A stretch of DNA of 64,000 nt from NCBI RefSeq assembly GCF_035084215.1, contig NW_027139581.1, positions 5,952,001 through 6,016,000 of the forward strand, given 5' to 3'. Below, in pieces: positions 11,655 to 24,459 of this stretch. The stretch is from Heptranchias perlo (taxonomy: Eukaryota). The position numbers and the translations under genes are program-made. Position 1 is the first letter of the stretch. The number at the start of each line of letters is the position of its first letter. Under the pieces are notes generated by a model. It was not told the origin of the DNA and did no database searches. It saw only the letters and a program-made list of their open reading frames with translations.

Positions 11655-12335
11655 AGCTGACTGTTCGCAAACTTGGCGCCCGATTTGACCCTCAGCTGAG
11701 CTTCCAACCTCATGTCGTCTTCATCACCAAGACCGCCTACTTCCACTTCCGTCACATCGCCCGTCTCCGCCCTTGCCTCAGCTAACCATGTCTTTGTTAC
11801 CAATAGACTCAACTATTCCATTGATCTCCTGGATTATCTCGCACGTTGCACCCTCTGTAAACTTGAGCTCATCCAAAACTTTGTTGCCCATAACCTATCT
11901 CGCACCAAGTCCCGTTCACCCATCACCCCTGTACTCGCTGACCCACATTGGCTCCCAATCCAACAATGCTTCTATGGCCTCACCCCTCCCTTTGTTTGTA
12001 ACTTCCTCCAGCCCGAAAATCTCCTGGGATCTCTGTTCCTCTTGCGCATCCCCGATTTTAATCGCTCCACCATTGGCGGTCGTACCTTCGGCTGTCTACG
12101 CCCTACACTGTGGAGTTCCCTCCCTAAACCTCTCTGCGTCTCTATCTCTCTCTCCTCCTTTAAGATGCTCCTTAAAACCTTCCTCTTTGATTAAGCTTTT
12201 GGTCACCTGTCCTGATATCTCCTTATGTGTCTTGGTGTCAAGTTGTGTTTGATAATCGCTTCTGTGAAGCGCCTTGTGGCGTTTTATTGCGTTAAAGGCG
12301 CCATATAAATGCAAGATGTTGTTGTTTGTATTGTT
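11655..12335 (+). mobile_element. L2-type LINE 3' end
   Basis: ITKTAYFHFRHIARLRP; FVTNRLNYS; PITPVLADPHWLP; (GTT)n-like tail. Confidence 0.85.
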
Positions 12336-13081
12336 AACAGAATTTAGCATGTGACTGCGGCGGACCATAACGTGAGAGGAGACTGCGAGGTGCGCCTGGT
12401 GACTGCACAGTCATTTCGCCTCTGGAGCTTGACATGAAAAGATAGAGGTCGCTTTTCTCTGATGGGACACTAGGTGGCGCAGTGGGTCCTTAACTGAAGG
12501 GTCCTGGGTTCAAACACAACCCAAACAGGACGGATGCAAAATATCTGTCAGGGAAAAAGAATTGATATCGGCAAAATGTAACAATGTGGCTTAATCTTGG
12601 AGAAAGAAATTCAGCAAAGTCCAAATTAGTCCATTTGTCATTCAAGATTTATTAACAATTTAAAAGTTTACAATTTACAAAGAAGTTTTAAAAAGTTAAC
12701 ACGAACTGAATGTAACAACTCAGTGTCACATTGAGAATAGAACAGAGCCGGTCTGAGCTGCCAGCTGTCTGCACAACTGCAACAGACAGCAGAGAAGGAA
12801 AACAGAGGCTCAACATAAAGGGAAGGAAACAATTGTGGATAAGAAATGAGAAAAAATATTTATTTACACATGAATTATTAAAACAAAGGTGAAAGGGGAC
12901 TCAAACTCTAAGAATCATTTACATTATAGCGATGGTTATCTCACACATTAATAAACATTTCAATCAGAAAGACGGAAATCCCGTTGATGTTTTTCTCAGC
13001 TATAGATGTCGATATATTAACTGACGGCGTTTCACTTTGAGATGTTAATAAACAGATGTGCAAAATCCGAAATTCAACCGA

Positions 13082-13090
13082 TCACTTTAC
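13082..13090 (-). CDS. ighm: IgM heavy chain TM2 exon (VK*)
   Basis: tcttttacag|GTA AAG TGA; completes the KVK cytoplasmic tail; AATAAA downstream at 12864-12859 and 12653-12648. Confidence 0.88.
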   Translation of the reverse strand, partial: VK

Positions 13091-13229
13091 CTGTAAAAGA
13101 GGGATAAAAGAATGAAGCAGATATTTAGTGGTCCGTGCATTTATCTCAGGGTTTTTATGAATGAAACTTTTAGAGGCTTTTCAAACCGCTTCATTCAGAT
13201 CAAAGTGTCACTGGATTGAATCTTCTCAC

Positions 13230-13357
13230 CTTCACCAGAGTGACGACAGCGCTGTAGAAAATGCTCAGGAAGAACAGAATGATGAATGTGGAAGCGGTTG
13301 TCCAGATGTTGCCGCTCTCTTCCTCATAGTCTTCGACCCAGACCTGGTTTATGGAAT
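13230..13357 (-). CDS. ighm: IgM heavy chain TM1 exon
   Basis: ccccgtag|...AAG|gtgaga, 128 nt, phase 1 to 0; DSINQVWVEDYEEESGNIWTTASTFIILFFLSIFYSAVVTLVK (canonical BCR transmembrane CART motif). Missed by the ORF track. Confidence 0.95.
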
Positions 13358-14769
13358 CTACGGGGATGGAGAGGAGGAAATATATTCAGATCGTTTATTA
13401 AACCAGGATATATTATTATTATTTATTTCTTTCTTTCCTCACTGTATTATTTTGGTCTCTAATTTAATTTCCAAGGTGTATCTTTTGTTCAGTTAATCCC
13501 GCTCAGTAATCTGTCTCTGTTCCTAACTTCACAGCCTCGCTTCCTTTATGATCCTCATACATTCCGTGTTGGTAAAGGTGATTTTTTTTCTTAATTGTCA
13601 GACACTAATGTATTTTCAATCGATTTCGTAGATCGATCATTCGGGGATATTATGGTGAGATATCGAGGGATGTTCAGTGATTTATGTCGATTATTTTATC
13701 GATAGGTTTCGATATCTCCTATTTGACGGCTGGCATGGTGCTGGGTAAGAGATCGGATGTTAGTTCCAATCTTGGTCGTTTATTTGTGATGGAAATACTT
13801 TGAACATTATCTATCTGTATCAGTTTCCAACTGAGATAATTGCTTCAGTGCATGTATAGGGAGCAGGAAGATGTTATGGTATCAAAGTTTCTCAGAATAC
13901 CAAGAACTGGGTTTTAGAAAATCGGTCCATTTCTTGTATTTTTAACGATCAGTTCAGTGAGATTAGTTAGTTTTCCCACTTCAGGATATGAAAGTGGCTT
14001 TTCCCGGCTGTCAGAAATTCGGACAGCTCTGGGCACGGCCTGTGACAATGAACGACCACCTGCTCTGGAATATTGATCTCCAGCGGTTTCCAATGTGCTC
14101 TGTTTCAGGGACAAAGTGTGGGTGCAATCGTTATCACCTCAAAGACTAGGTCAATGTAGTTTAGATTATTGACGCTAAACCTCTCATCTCAAGTTTAGTC
14201 AGGCAATGTTTTCTCAATCCCCCTGAATAGATATTTTTATTCATAAATAGTTATTTAATAAGTTGATTTATTTGATGTAAAGCGACGTTTATATTTGCAG
14301 ACCATGTGGTTCTGTTATTTAGAAACTGACTGCCCGCTGGTCCCGGGGGTTCGTGGACAACAGAAGGGCAGTGTCTGTCTCTCTTTCATGAGGACAGGAG
14401 AGATGGTCTGTGCCGACCAATGCCCTTCCGTCACTACTGTCTACATTCAATGCAGTGAAGATAGAAATGCAACATTTTATTGGATAGAAATGATCCTCTG
14501 CATGTTGCTTTAATGGTCTTCTGTTAAATTAGTTGGAGTGGCCTCACAATAGTTCCCAACGGGCATCATCTAACAGCGCAAAACTGGCTTCAATCGGAAG
14601 AAATCGGTGTAATGACGAAGAGAAGCCGCAATGTATTGTTTTTGTGGGAATTGGAAACAGCCATTGTGTTGTGTTTGGAAGCGGTTTTCTTATATTAGGG
14701 TTAAGGGGTCTGGTAGTGGAAGCACCTTTAGTCTGCATTTAGCTTGTGCTGTAAATAAGCTCGAAGGGC

Positions 14770-15155
14770 GGAATATCGAAGGTTAACGGGTGATTTGAAT
14801 GAGATTTTTAAGATTTTGAAAGGAATTGATAGGGTAGATAGAGAGAAGAATTTCCCGCTGGCGGGGGAGTCTAGGACAAGGGGACATAACCTTAAAATCA
14901 GAGCCAGGCCATTCAGGAGAGAAGTTCGGAAACATTTCTTCACACACCGGGTGGGAGAAGTGTGGAACTCTCTCCCACAAAAAGCAGTCGATGCTCAATT
15001 AATAATTTTAAAGCTGATTTATTTTTGCTAACCAAGGGTATTAAGGGATCTGGAGCCAAGGCGGGTGGATGGAGTTAGGATACAGATCAGCCATGATCTC
15101 AATGAATGGGGGAACAGGCTCGAAGGGCTGAATGGCCTCCTCCTGTTCTTGCGTT
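14770..15155 (+). mobile_element. CR1 3' fragment in the Cmu4-TM1 intron
   Basis: FKILKGIDRVDREKNFPLAGESRTRGHNLK plus CR1 3' UTR. Confidence 0.88.
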
Positions 15156-15301
15156 CCAACGGAATGTTGGCGCATTGGGTCTCCAAAGGGAACATATCCT
15201 GCTCCCGACCAACAAAAATAATTCAATTCCCATACATTTGACTCGTTAACAGAAAAAGGGTCTTTATTTGCTGTTAATTAAGGAATGGAAATGAGATAAT
15301 C

Positions 15302-15693
15302 TCATTGACAAGAATTCACGGTGTCCATCAGTACAAGGGAAATGTTCACAAAACTCGGTTTACCGCTCGATTTATTAACCGTTCTGCTCATTATCTTCAA
15401 GGGAATGGCTTCATGTCCGACCACACAGGAGTAAGAAGCACCGCTGGTCCAATCCTCCGTCTTAATGGATAACATGCTGTACATGAAGAAGGAGCTACTG
15501 TCGTTCTCCGCCATCACCTCAGTGTTCTTGTAGCCGCTGGAATTCAGCTTCTTGTTATTAACGGTCCACTTGACAAAGATCTCTCTGGGAGAGAAACCTC
15601 TCACTAAGCAGGTGAGGGTCATAGACCGCTGAGCGGAGATTTCTTCTGCTAACGGGAGGAGGACAAACACAGACGGTTCCTGTGGATTTGGAT
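15302..15693 (-). CDS. ighm: IgM heavy chain last constant exon (Cmu4) plus secretory tailpiece
   Basis: tttttctgtag|AT CCA; C1-set domain ([23 protein letters not shown]) then [20 protein letters not shown] with NIS glycan site and penultimate Cys, typical of shark IgM. Internal donor G|GTAAAC at 15363 for the TM form; AATAAA at 15268-15263. Confidence 0.95.
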
Positions 15694-16062
15694 CTACAGA
15701 AAAAAATGTTTGGATATTAATAAGTGAGAGGCGATCATAGAGGGAATAAAGCGCAGCTTTAGGTTGTGAAGATTCACTTTGCACTCCGAGATATCGTCCC
15801 CTTGCCTAATTTTAAAAACTCTGTTTGTTGCTTTGTGCACGAGTCACTTAAGGTGACATCTCTCCTCTCCTCTACGTGCCTTGAGAAGGCCATCGTTTGA
15901 GAAATGTAACTGAGTGGCTTGTAGATAATTTGAGAGGACAACTACATCGTCCTGGAGCAAAGCCACATGTGGCGAAGATCGCATAGGGGTGATAGCCTCC
16001 CTTCGGATATGGACAGTGAAAGGACAATGGAAAAAGAGTTCGGATTTTTAACGGTCAGTTCA

Positions 16063-19000
16063 GGAACATAGGAACAGCAGGAGGCCATTCAGGCCATCGA
16101 GTCTGTTCCGCCATTCAATTATAACATGGCTGATCTGTTTCTCAACTGCATTTACTCGCTTGGTTCAATATCTCTCAATACCCTTTATCACAGTATCATA
16201 ATATAGTACAGCACAGAAGGAGGCCATTCGGCCCAACGTACCTATTCCGGCTCTTTGAATGCGCTATCCAATTATTCCCATTACCCTGCTCTTTCCCGAT
16301 AGCTGTCTATTTTTTCCCTTCAAGTATTTAACCAATTCCCTTTTGAAAGTTACGATTGAATCTGCTTCCACCACCCTTTCAGGCAGAACATTCAGATCAT
16401 TACATCTCGGTGCGAAAAAAATGTTTCCTCATGTCGCCTCTGGCTCTTTTGCCAACCACTTTAAATCTGTATCCTCTGGTAACCAAACCTTCTGCCACTG
16501 GAAACAGTTTCTCCTTATTTACCTGATCAAAACCCTTCATGATTTTGAATACCTCCATAACATCTCCCCTTAACATTTTCTGTTCCAAGGAGAACAATCC
16601 CGGCCTCTCCAGTCTCCAAATAACTGAAATCTCTCATCCCTGCTGCCATTCTAGTAAATCTCGTCTGCACCCTCTCTAAGGCCTTGACATCCTTTCTAAA
16701 GTGTGGTGCCAAGAATTGAACACAATACTCCAGCTGAAACCTAACCAATGATTTATAAAGATTTAGCGTAACTTATTTGCTTCTGTGCTCTGTGCCTCTA
16801 TTACAAAAGCCGAGGATCACATATGGTTTATTAACAGCATTCTCAACTTCTCCTTCCACCTTCAAAGATTTCTGTACGTACACCCCCAGGTCTCTCTGTT
16901 CCTGCACTCCCTTTAAAATTCTACCATTTAGTTTATATTGTGTCTCTTCATTCTTCCTCCCAAAGAATGCATCACTTCATACTTCTCTGCGTTAAATTAC
17001 ATCTGCCATGTCTCTGCACATTTCACCAGTTTGTCTATGTCCTCCTAAAGTTAGTTACTATCCTTCACATTATTTACATTTCCGAGTTTCGTGTCATCAG
17101 CAAACTTTGTAATTGTACCCAGTATACCCAAGTCCATGTCATGCTGATTCCTGGAGAACACCACTCTATACTTCCCTCCAGTCTGAGAAACTATCGTTCA
17201 ACACTACTCTTTGCTTTCTGTCCCTTAGCGACAAAGGAAAGAAAAGTGGATGAGTTCCTGCGGTCAGTGTTTCAGGAGCGAGGGAGGAAGTTGAAAAGCA
17301 AGACCTCAAAGGTAGTAATCTCTGGATTACTCCCAGTGCCACCCGCTAGTGAGTCCAGAAATTGGAAGATAAGGCAGGTTAATTCGTGGCTGCAGACATG
17401 GCTCAGGATGGATGGCTTCAGAGTCTTGGGGCAGTGGGACCAGTTTTGGGACCGGAGTGCAAGGGTGGTGGAAGCAGATTCAATCGTGGCTTTTAAAAAG
17501 GAATTGGACAAATACTTCAAGGGAAAAAATTGCACTGGTACTGGGCAAGCGTAGGCTAAATGGGACTAAGTGGATTTCTCTTATAAAGAGCCGGCAGGGG
17601 CACGATGGGCCGAATGGCTTCAATCTGAGCTGGAACCATTCTATGATTAGACAATTTTGTATCCACGCTGCCGCTTTCTCTTTAATCCCGGGGGCTTTAA
17701 TTTCGCTTACAAGTCTATTATGTGGTACTTTATCAAATGCCTTCTGGAAGTCCATATACACAACATCAACCACATTACACTCATTAACCCTTCCCGTTAC
17801 TTCATCAAAGAGCTCAATCAAGTTATCAAACACGATTTTCCTTTAACAAATCCGTGCTGAATTTTCCAAGTGCCAATTAATTTTGTCCCGGATTATTCTC
17901 TCGAAAAGTTTCCCCACCACCGACATTCGGCTGACTGGTCTGTAACTGCCGGGTTTACCTTTTTGAACAAGTCTGTAACATTTGCAATCCTCCAGTCCTC
18001 CGGTGCCATTCCCATATCTAAGGAGGATCGGAAATTGTGGTGAGAGCCTCCGTAATTTCCACCCTTACTTCCCTCAGAAACCTCGGTTGCATCCCATCTG
18101 GACCGGGTGACTTTTCTACTTTGAGTACTGCCAATCTTTTAAGTACCTCGTCTATCTATTTTTATCCTATCCCATATCGCTACTGACCCCCTTTTACTGT
18201 TACAGTGGCAGCATCCTTTTCTCTAGTGAAGACCAATGCGGTGCATTCATTTAGTACCTCAGCCCTGCCCTCTTCCTCCACAAGAAGATCTCTTTTTTTT
18301 GTCCCTAATCGGTCCCACCCTTCCTTTCACTACCCTTTTACAATTTACATCTTTATAAAAACGTTTGGGTTCCCTTTTATGCTGGCCGCTAATCTATTCT
18401 CATATTCTCTTTGCCGCTCTTATTTCCTTTTTAAATCTCCTCTGTACTTTCTGTATTCAACTTAGTCCTAAATTGTATTATGTGCCTTACATTTGTCATA
18501 AACCTCCTTTTTCTGTTTCATTGTAATCTCTATATCTTTAGTCATCAAATGAGCTCTAGTTTTGGATGGCCTTCCTTTCCCCCTCGTGGGACTGGATGTG
18601 AACCATTTCCTCATTGAAGGCCTCCCATTCTTCAATTACTATTTTGCAAACCAATCTTTGATTCCGATCCCTTTGTAACTCACTGAAATTAGCCCTCCTC
18701 CAGTTAAATATTTTCACATTAGATTGTCATTTTCCATGACTATTCTAAATCTCATGATATTATGATCACTGTTCCCCAAATGCTCCCCCACTGAATCATG
18801 CTTCACTTCATTCCCAGAACTAGATCCAGCATTGCTTCCTTCCCCGCTGGGCTGGAAACACATTGTTCAACAAAGTTCTCTTGTACACATTTCAGGAATT
18901 CCTTCCCGTCTTTGCCCGATACATTGTTGCTGTCCCAGCCTATATTGGGATAATGGAAGGCCCCCCATTATCACTAATCTATCGTTCTTGCATCTTCCCG

Positions 19001-19980
19001 TAACTTGCCTGCAAATTTGTTCCTGTATCTCCTTCCCATTATCTGGTGGCCTATAGTACACACCCAGTAGTGAAATAGCTCCTCCATTGTTCTTTAATTT
19101 TAACCAAATGGATTTTGTCTTTGACACCCCCTCACCTTTATCATCACTTTCCAGTGCTATAATAGTTTAATTGATCAATACTGCCACACCTCCTTTCTTT
19201 CCTTCACTATCTTTCCTGAATACAGTGTAGACAGGAATATAAAGTACCCATTCCCCCCAACCTTTGAGCCATGTCTCTGCCATTGTCTCTATATCACAGT
19301 CCCATGTGGCGACTTGAGCCTGCAGCTCACCAACCTTATTTACCACGCCACGTGCATTTACACACATGCACTCCAAGCTCATCTTAGACTGCCTAATTTC
19401 CCCCTGTCTGATCCATCCTATTTCTGAAGTACTCTTTGCTCAAGTGCTATTTGTCCCTCCCAGTCCTCTGTGCACCTTGCTTCTTCTCTATAATGTTTCA
19501 TCCTGGTGCCCACCCTATTGTCAAATTTGTTTAAACCCTCGCCCATAGCAGCAGTTAACTTCCCAGCTCTGTTGAGGTGCAACCCGTCCATCTTGATCGG
19601 ATCCCTCCTGCCTCACAACTGCTCCCAATGTCCCAGGTATCTGAAACCCACACTCCTGCACCATTTCTCCAGCCACGCATTAGCAAATCTTATTCGGCCA
19701 GTCCTATACTCACTAGCGCTTGGCTCTGGGAGTAATCCAGATTTTACTACCTTTGAGGTGCTACTTTTGAACTTCCTCCCTAGCTCCTGAAACTCTGACT
19801 GCAGGAACTTTTCCTTCCTATGTCATCGGTTCCCACATGGACCATGATTTCTGGCTGTTCCCCTTCCCTCCTCAAAAGGTCCCGCATCTCTCAATGTTGT
19901 CCTTTACCCTGGCACCAGGGAGACAACACACATACAGGACTCATGTCGGCCCTTGCAGAAACGCCGGTCTATCTCCCTGA
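16063..19980 (-). mobile_element. Near full-length decayed CR1 LINE (ORF1 esterase, APE endonuclease, RT, stacked 3' tails)
   Basis: Minus strand: esterase-like ORF1 about 19600-19980; CMCVNARGVVNKVGEL; GVYYRPP; [16 protein letters not shown]; QLEYCVQFLAPH. Confidence 0.88.
17229..17646 (+). mobile_element. Internally deleted/chimeric CR1 insert (ORF1 fragment fused to 3' tail)
   Basis: GRKLKSKTSKVVISGLLPVP..WDQFWDR joined to VVEADSIVAFKKELDK and 3' UTR; TTAG on both flanks. Confidence 0.7.
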
Positions 19981-19989
19981 ACACAATAA

Positions 19990-21370
19990 TATAAGAACAT
20001 AAGAAATACGAGCAGGAGTAGGCCATACGGACTCCCGAACCAGCTCCAACATTCAATAAGATCATGGCTGATCTTCAACCTCAACTCCACTTTCCAGCCC
20101 GATCCCCATATCCCTTGAATCATAGAAACATAGAAAATAGGAGCAAGAGTAGGCCATTCGGCCCTTCGGGCCTGCTCTGTCATGAAAATGATAATAGCCG
20201 ATCGTCTAACTCAGTGCCCTGTTCCTGCTTTATCCCCATATCCCTTGATCCCTTTAACGTTAACACATATATCGATCTCCTTCTTGAATACATCTGATGA
20301 CTTGGCCTCTACTGCCCTCTGTGGTAGAAAATTCCACAGGTTCACCAACCTCTGATTGAAAAAATGTCTCCTCACCCCGGTGAGAAGTGGTATACCCCGT
20401 ATCCTGAGTCTGTGACCCCTGGTTCTGGACTCCCCAGCAATCGGGAACATCCTCCCTGCATCAAGTCTGTCTAGTCCTGTTAGAATTTTGTATTTTTCGA
20501 TGAGATCATCTCTCATTCTTCTAAACTCTGGTGAATATAGGCCGAGTCATTCCAATCCCTCCTCATCCTGCCATCAATCCTGCCATCCCAGGAATCAGTC
20601 TGGTAAACCTTCGTTGCACTCCCTCCATGGAAAGGACATCCTTCCTCAGATAAGGAGACCAAAACTGCACACAATACTCCAGATGTGGTCTCACCAAGGC
20701 CCCGTATAACTATAGTGAGATATCCCTGCTCCTGTACTCAAATGCTCGCTTTTAGCGACTGGTGTGCAAGGACACCCAGGTCTCGTTGCACCTCCCCTTT
20801 TCCCAAACTATCACCATTCAGATAATCATCTGCCTTTCTGTTTTTACAACCAAAGTTGATAACCTCACATTTATCCACGTTATACTGCATCCGCCATGTT
20901 CTTGCCCACTCACCCAACTTGTCTAAATCACTCTTTGCATCCTCCTTACAGCTCTCATTCCACCCCATCTTTCAACGTCCCTTTGCAGCTATCTGCTCCC
21001 ATCTACAATATTTATTGTGCTTCCTAACTTACTGTCGTCAGCGAGCTTGGATACACGGCTCTCTATTCCTTCATCCAAGTCATTTATGAACATAGTGAAA
21101 AGCTGCGGTCCCAGTACAGATCCCTGGGGACACCACTGGTCACATCCTGCTGATTTGAGTCCATACCCATTATCCCCACTCTCTGTCTCCTACCTCCTAA
21201 CCAATTCCCTGTCCAAGCCAATGGGTTGTCTCCAATTCCATGCACTCTTGATTTTGTCAACAGACTCTTATATGGAACCTTGTCGAACGCCTTCTGGAAG
21301 TTCATATAAATAACATATATAGACAGTCCTAATCTACCACATTAATTCGCTCCTCAAAAAAATCAACTGG
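19990..21370 (-). mobile_element. CR1 LINE fragments (two stacked 3' ends)
   Basis: Tails AAGAACATAAG and CATAGAAACATAG; RT motifs on the minus strand. Confidence 0.85.
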
Positions 21371-21379
21371 CTTCGTTGG

Positions 21380-22065
21380 ACAAGGTAGCAGGAGAGGTCG
21401 ATACGGTCGTTAAGAAGGCAGATGGAATGCTTTCCTTTGTTAGCTGAGGCATAGAATAAAACAGCAGGGATGTTATGCTGGAACTGTATAAAACACTGGT
21501 TAGGCCACAGCTTGAGTACTGCGCACAGTTCTTGTCACATTACAGGAAGGATGTACTTGCACTCGAGAGGGAGCAGAGGAGATTTACAAGGATGTTGCCA
21601 GGACTGGAGAATTTTAACTATGATGACAGACAGGATAGTCTGAGGTTGTTTTCCTTGGAACAGAGGAGGCTGAGGGGTAATTTGATTGAGGGGTACAAAA
21701 TTATGTAGGGCCTCGGTAGAGTGGATCGGAAGGACCTATTTCCCTGAGCAGAGTGATCAATAACCAGGGGGCATAGTTTTAAAGTGATTGGTAGAAGGAT
21801 TAGAGCAAAAATGAGGAAAATATTTTCACCCAGAGGGCGGTGGGGTCCTGGAACTCACTGCCTGAGAGGGTGGTAGAGGCAGAAACCCTTCACTCATTTA
21901 AACAATACCTGGATGTGCACCTGAAGAGCCGTGACCTGCAGGGCTAGGGACCAAACTCGGGAAAGTGGGATTCGGCTGGGTGGCTCGTTTCTCATTCGGC
22001 GCCAACACGATGGGCCGAATGGCCTCCTTCTGTGCCGTAAATTTTCTATAACTCTATGATTCTAA
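21380..22065 (+). mobile_element. CR1 LINE 3' end
   Basis: LYKTLVRPQLEYCAQF; CTCTATGATTCT tail. Confidence 0.88.
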
Positions 22066-22299
22066 GAGGTCCAGGATCAATTTACAGCTTATTGAGTAAG
22101 ACTTGTCACTGTCCCGGACACTCCCTGTCCCTCAGTATCTGTGTCCGGGGAGAAGCTGATGGATTTGTGTGACCTTCTTCAGGTGAATCTTTGTGTTCAT
22201 CGAGGTGATGGGTGTCAGAGTCTGGAAATGGGACATTTAATCAGTCCGAGCACCTCTTGTCAGTATCCGGGACTCCCAGGCCAGGTCAGCAGTTCATAT

Positions 22300-22950
22300 A
22301 CAACAAAATAACTTGCATTTATGTAGCGACTTTAACATAATAAAAGGTCCCAAGGCGTTTCATAGGAGCGATTATCAAACAAAATTTGACACTGAGCCAC
22401 ATAAGGAGATATGAGGACAGGTGACCAAAAGCTTGGTCAAAGAGTTAAGCTTTAATGAGCGTCTTAAAGGAGGAGAGAGAGGCGGAGATGCGGAGAGGTT
22501 TAGGGAGGGAATTCCAAAGCTGAAGGCCGAAGCAGCTGACGGCACGGCCGCCAATGGTGGAGTGATTTAGGAGAAGGGCAGAAATCTCGGAGGGTTGTAG
22601 GGCTGCAGGAGGATACAGAGATAGGGAGGGGCGAGGCCGTGGAGGAATTTAGAAACAAGATTGAGAATTTTAAAATCGAGGTGTTCCCAGACCGACCAAA
22701 GCAAGCACAGGGGTGATGGATGTACAGGACATGGTGCGAGTTGGAATACGGGCAGCAGAGTTTTGTATGAGCTCAAGTTTATGGAGGGTGGAAGATGAGA
22801 GGCCGGCCAGGAGAGCATTGGAAACGTCAAGTCGAGAGGTAACAAACGCATGGATGAGGGTTTCAGCAACAGATGAGCTGAGGTGGGCTGGAGATGTGCA
22901 ATGTTACGGAGGTGGAAGTAGGCAGTCTTGGTAATGAAGAGGGTATGTGA
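22300..22950 (-). mobile_element. L2-type LINE 3' end
   Basis: ITKTAYFHLRNIAHL; LHGLAPPYLC; same family as 11655-12335. Confidence 0.85.
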
Positions 22951-22984
22951 GTAAATCTCCATTTACGCCGTACTTTCAAACACT

Positions 22985-23530
22985 CTCAGGGCAGGTACAG
23001 GTTTAGATGCAGAGTAAAGCTCCCTCTACACTGTCCCATCAAACACTCCCGGGCAGGGACAGCACGGGTTAGATACAGAGTAAAGCTCACTCTACACTGT
23101 CCCATCAAACACTCCCGGGCAGGGACAGCACGGGTTGGATAGAGAGTAAAGCTCCCTCCACACTGTCCCATCAAACACTCCCGGGCAGGGACAGCACGGG
23201 TTGGATAGAGAGTAAAGCTCCCTCCACACTGTCCCATCAAACACTCCCGGGCAGGGACAGAACGGGTTAGATACAGAGTAAAGCTCACTCTACACTGTCC
23301 CATCAAACACTCCCGGGCAGGGACAGCACGGGTTGGATGGAGAGTAAAGCTCCATCCACACTGTCCCATCAAACACTCCCGGGCAGGGACAGAACGGGTT
23401 AGATACAGAGTAAAGCTCACTCTACGCTGTCCCATCAAACACTCACAGGGCAGGTGCAGCACGGGTTAGATACGGAGTAAATCTCCCTCCACACTGTCCC
23501 ATCAAACACTCCCGGGGCAGGTACAGCACA
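22985..23530. repeat. 66-bp minisatellite (about 8 copies)
   Basis: GGGCAGGGACAGCACGGGTTAGATACAGAGTAAAGCTCCCTCTACACTGTCCCATCAAACACTCCC units. Confidence 0.95.
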
Positions 23531-23554
23531 GCTTTGCCCCGTATCGAACTCGTG

Positions 23555-24400
23555 CTGTATTTAACTTGTGGGTTTTAGAGATATTAACACAACATGGCAT
23601 GAATACATTAACATCAAATGTCTGATACAATGTGCATTCTGGGAAAGAGGAGTTTAGTCTGAGATGGAAACTCAAAAGGCCCTTCACTGCAGACAGGTCA
23701 CCATGGCAACACGGATCAGACATTCCATGCCCCAGAATCGGCTGGTTGGAATCTCTGATCAGATGAGGAGAAAGAACAGGACCTTGTCTGTTATTAACCA
23801 CAAGATAAGTTTCAAACAGTGATAATGGAACAGGTTAAATTAGAATGTGTGATGTTTATATCTAGAATTGTGTAAATATAAGAAATAACATAATTAACAG
23901 TAGGCAGGGTGGTTTAGGGATAATGAGAAAATTACTGGAGAAGAGTAATTTCTGTGAAACAAGGAATGTGTCTTCCTGTAAATCACAGATTAGAGAAATT
24001 CCGACTGTCTTTTCCTGCCGAAACCCATCAGAGAAGACAAAGAAGAGAGGTGCAGAGATGGGTCACGACAGGGTATAAAAGTGAGGGGATAGTGATGGAA
24101 GGGGAGAGTCGGGACTGGAGACACCGGGGATCAAGCTCAGGGCGCCTGAGGTTCCATCCAGCGGGCTGACCTGGTGGAAGTTACTGTGGACACGGGGGAC
24201 TTGGATGTTTACTCTGATTGATGGATGGATATGAGATACGATCGAGGACAGAGAATCTGCTCATCTCATTTTTCTTAACAAAGTATTAAAGTTGCTGATG
24301 CGAGACTCTCAAACCTGCTAATTAATAAGACAAAGTGTTCGCTACAATCTTAAACCCTGAAGTCTCTCTGCTCCTTTAATCATTTTAAAGTTTTACCATT
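23555..24400 (+). mobile_element. Possible LTR-like remnant
   Basis: GGGTATAAAA at about 24072 followed by a purine-rich leader and ATTAAA; no TSD or termini confirmed. Confidence 0.3.
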
Positions 24401-24459
24401 TAGTGTACATTTCATCTCCTTATTCTTCATCGGTAAAGAACGTAGATATGGCAGGACGG

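Noticed and set aside
12465-12530. tRNA-like A/B boxes (GGTGGCGCAGTGG..GGGTTCAAAC)
   Set aside because: No cloverleaf; probably a decayed tRNA-derived SINE head.
13161-13496. 111-aa plus-strand ORF
   Set aside because: Antisense to the IgM TM1 exon.
15694-15784. N-terminal 30 aa of ORF 15302..15784
   Set aside because: Intronic read-through upstream of the splice acceptor at 15693; the start is GTG and there is no signal peptide.
22106-22221. Possible phase-1 exon on the minus strand (DSDTHHLDEHKDSPEEG..PGQ*) as a missing Ig exon
   Set aside because: No Ig-domain features, ends in a stop, no partner exon identified.
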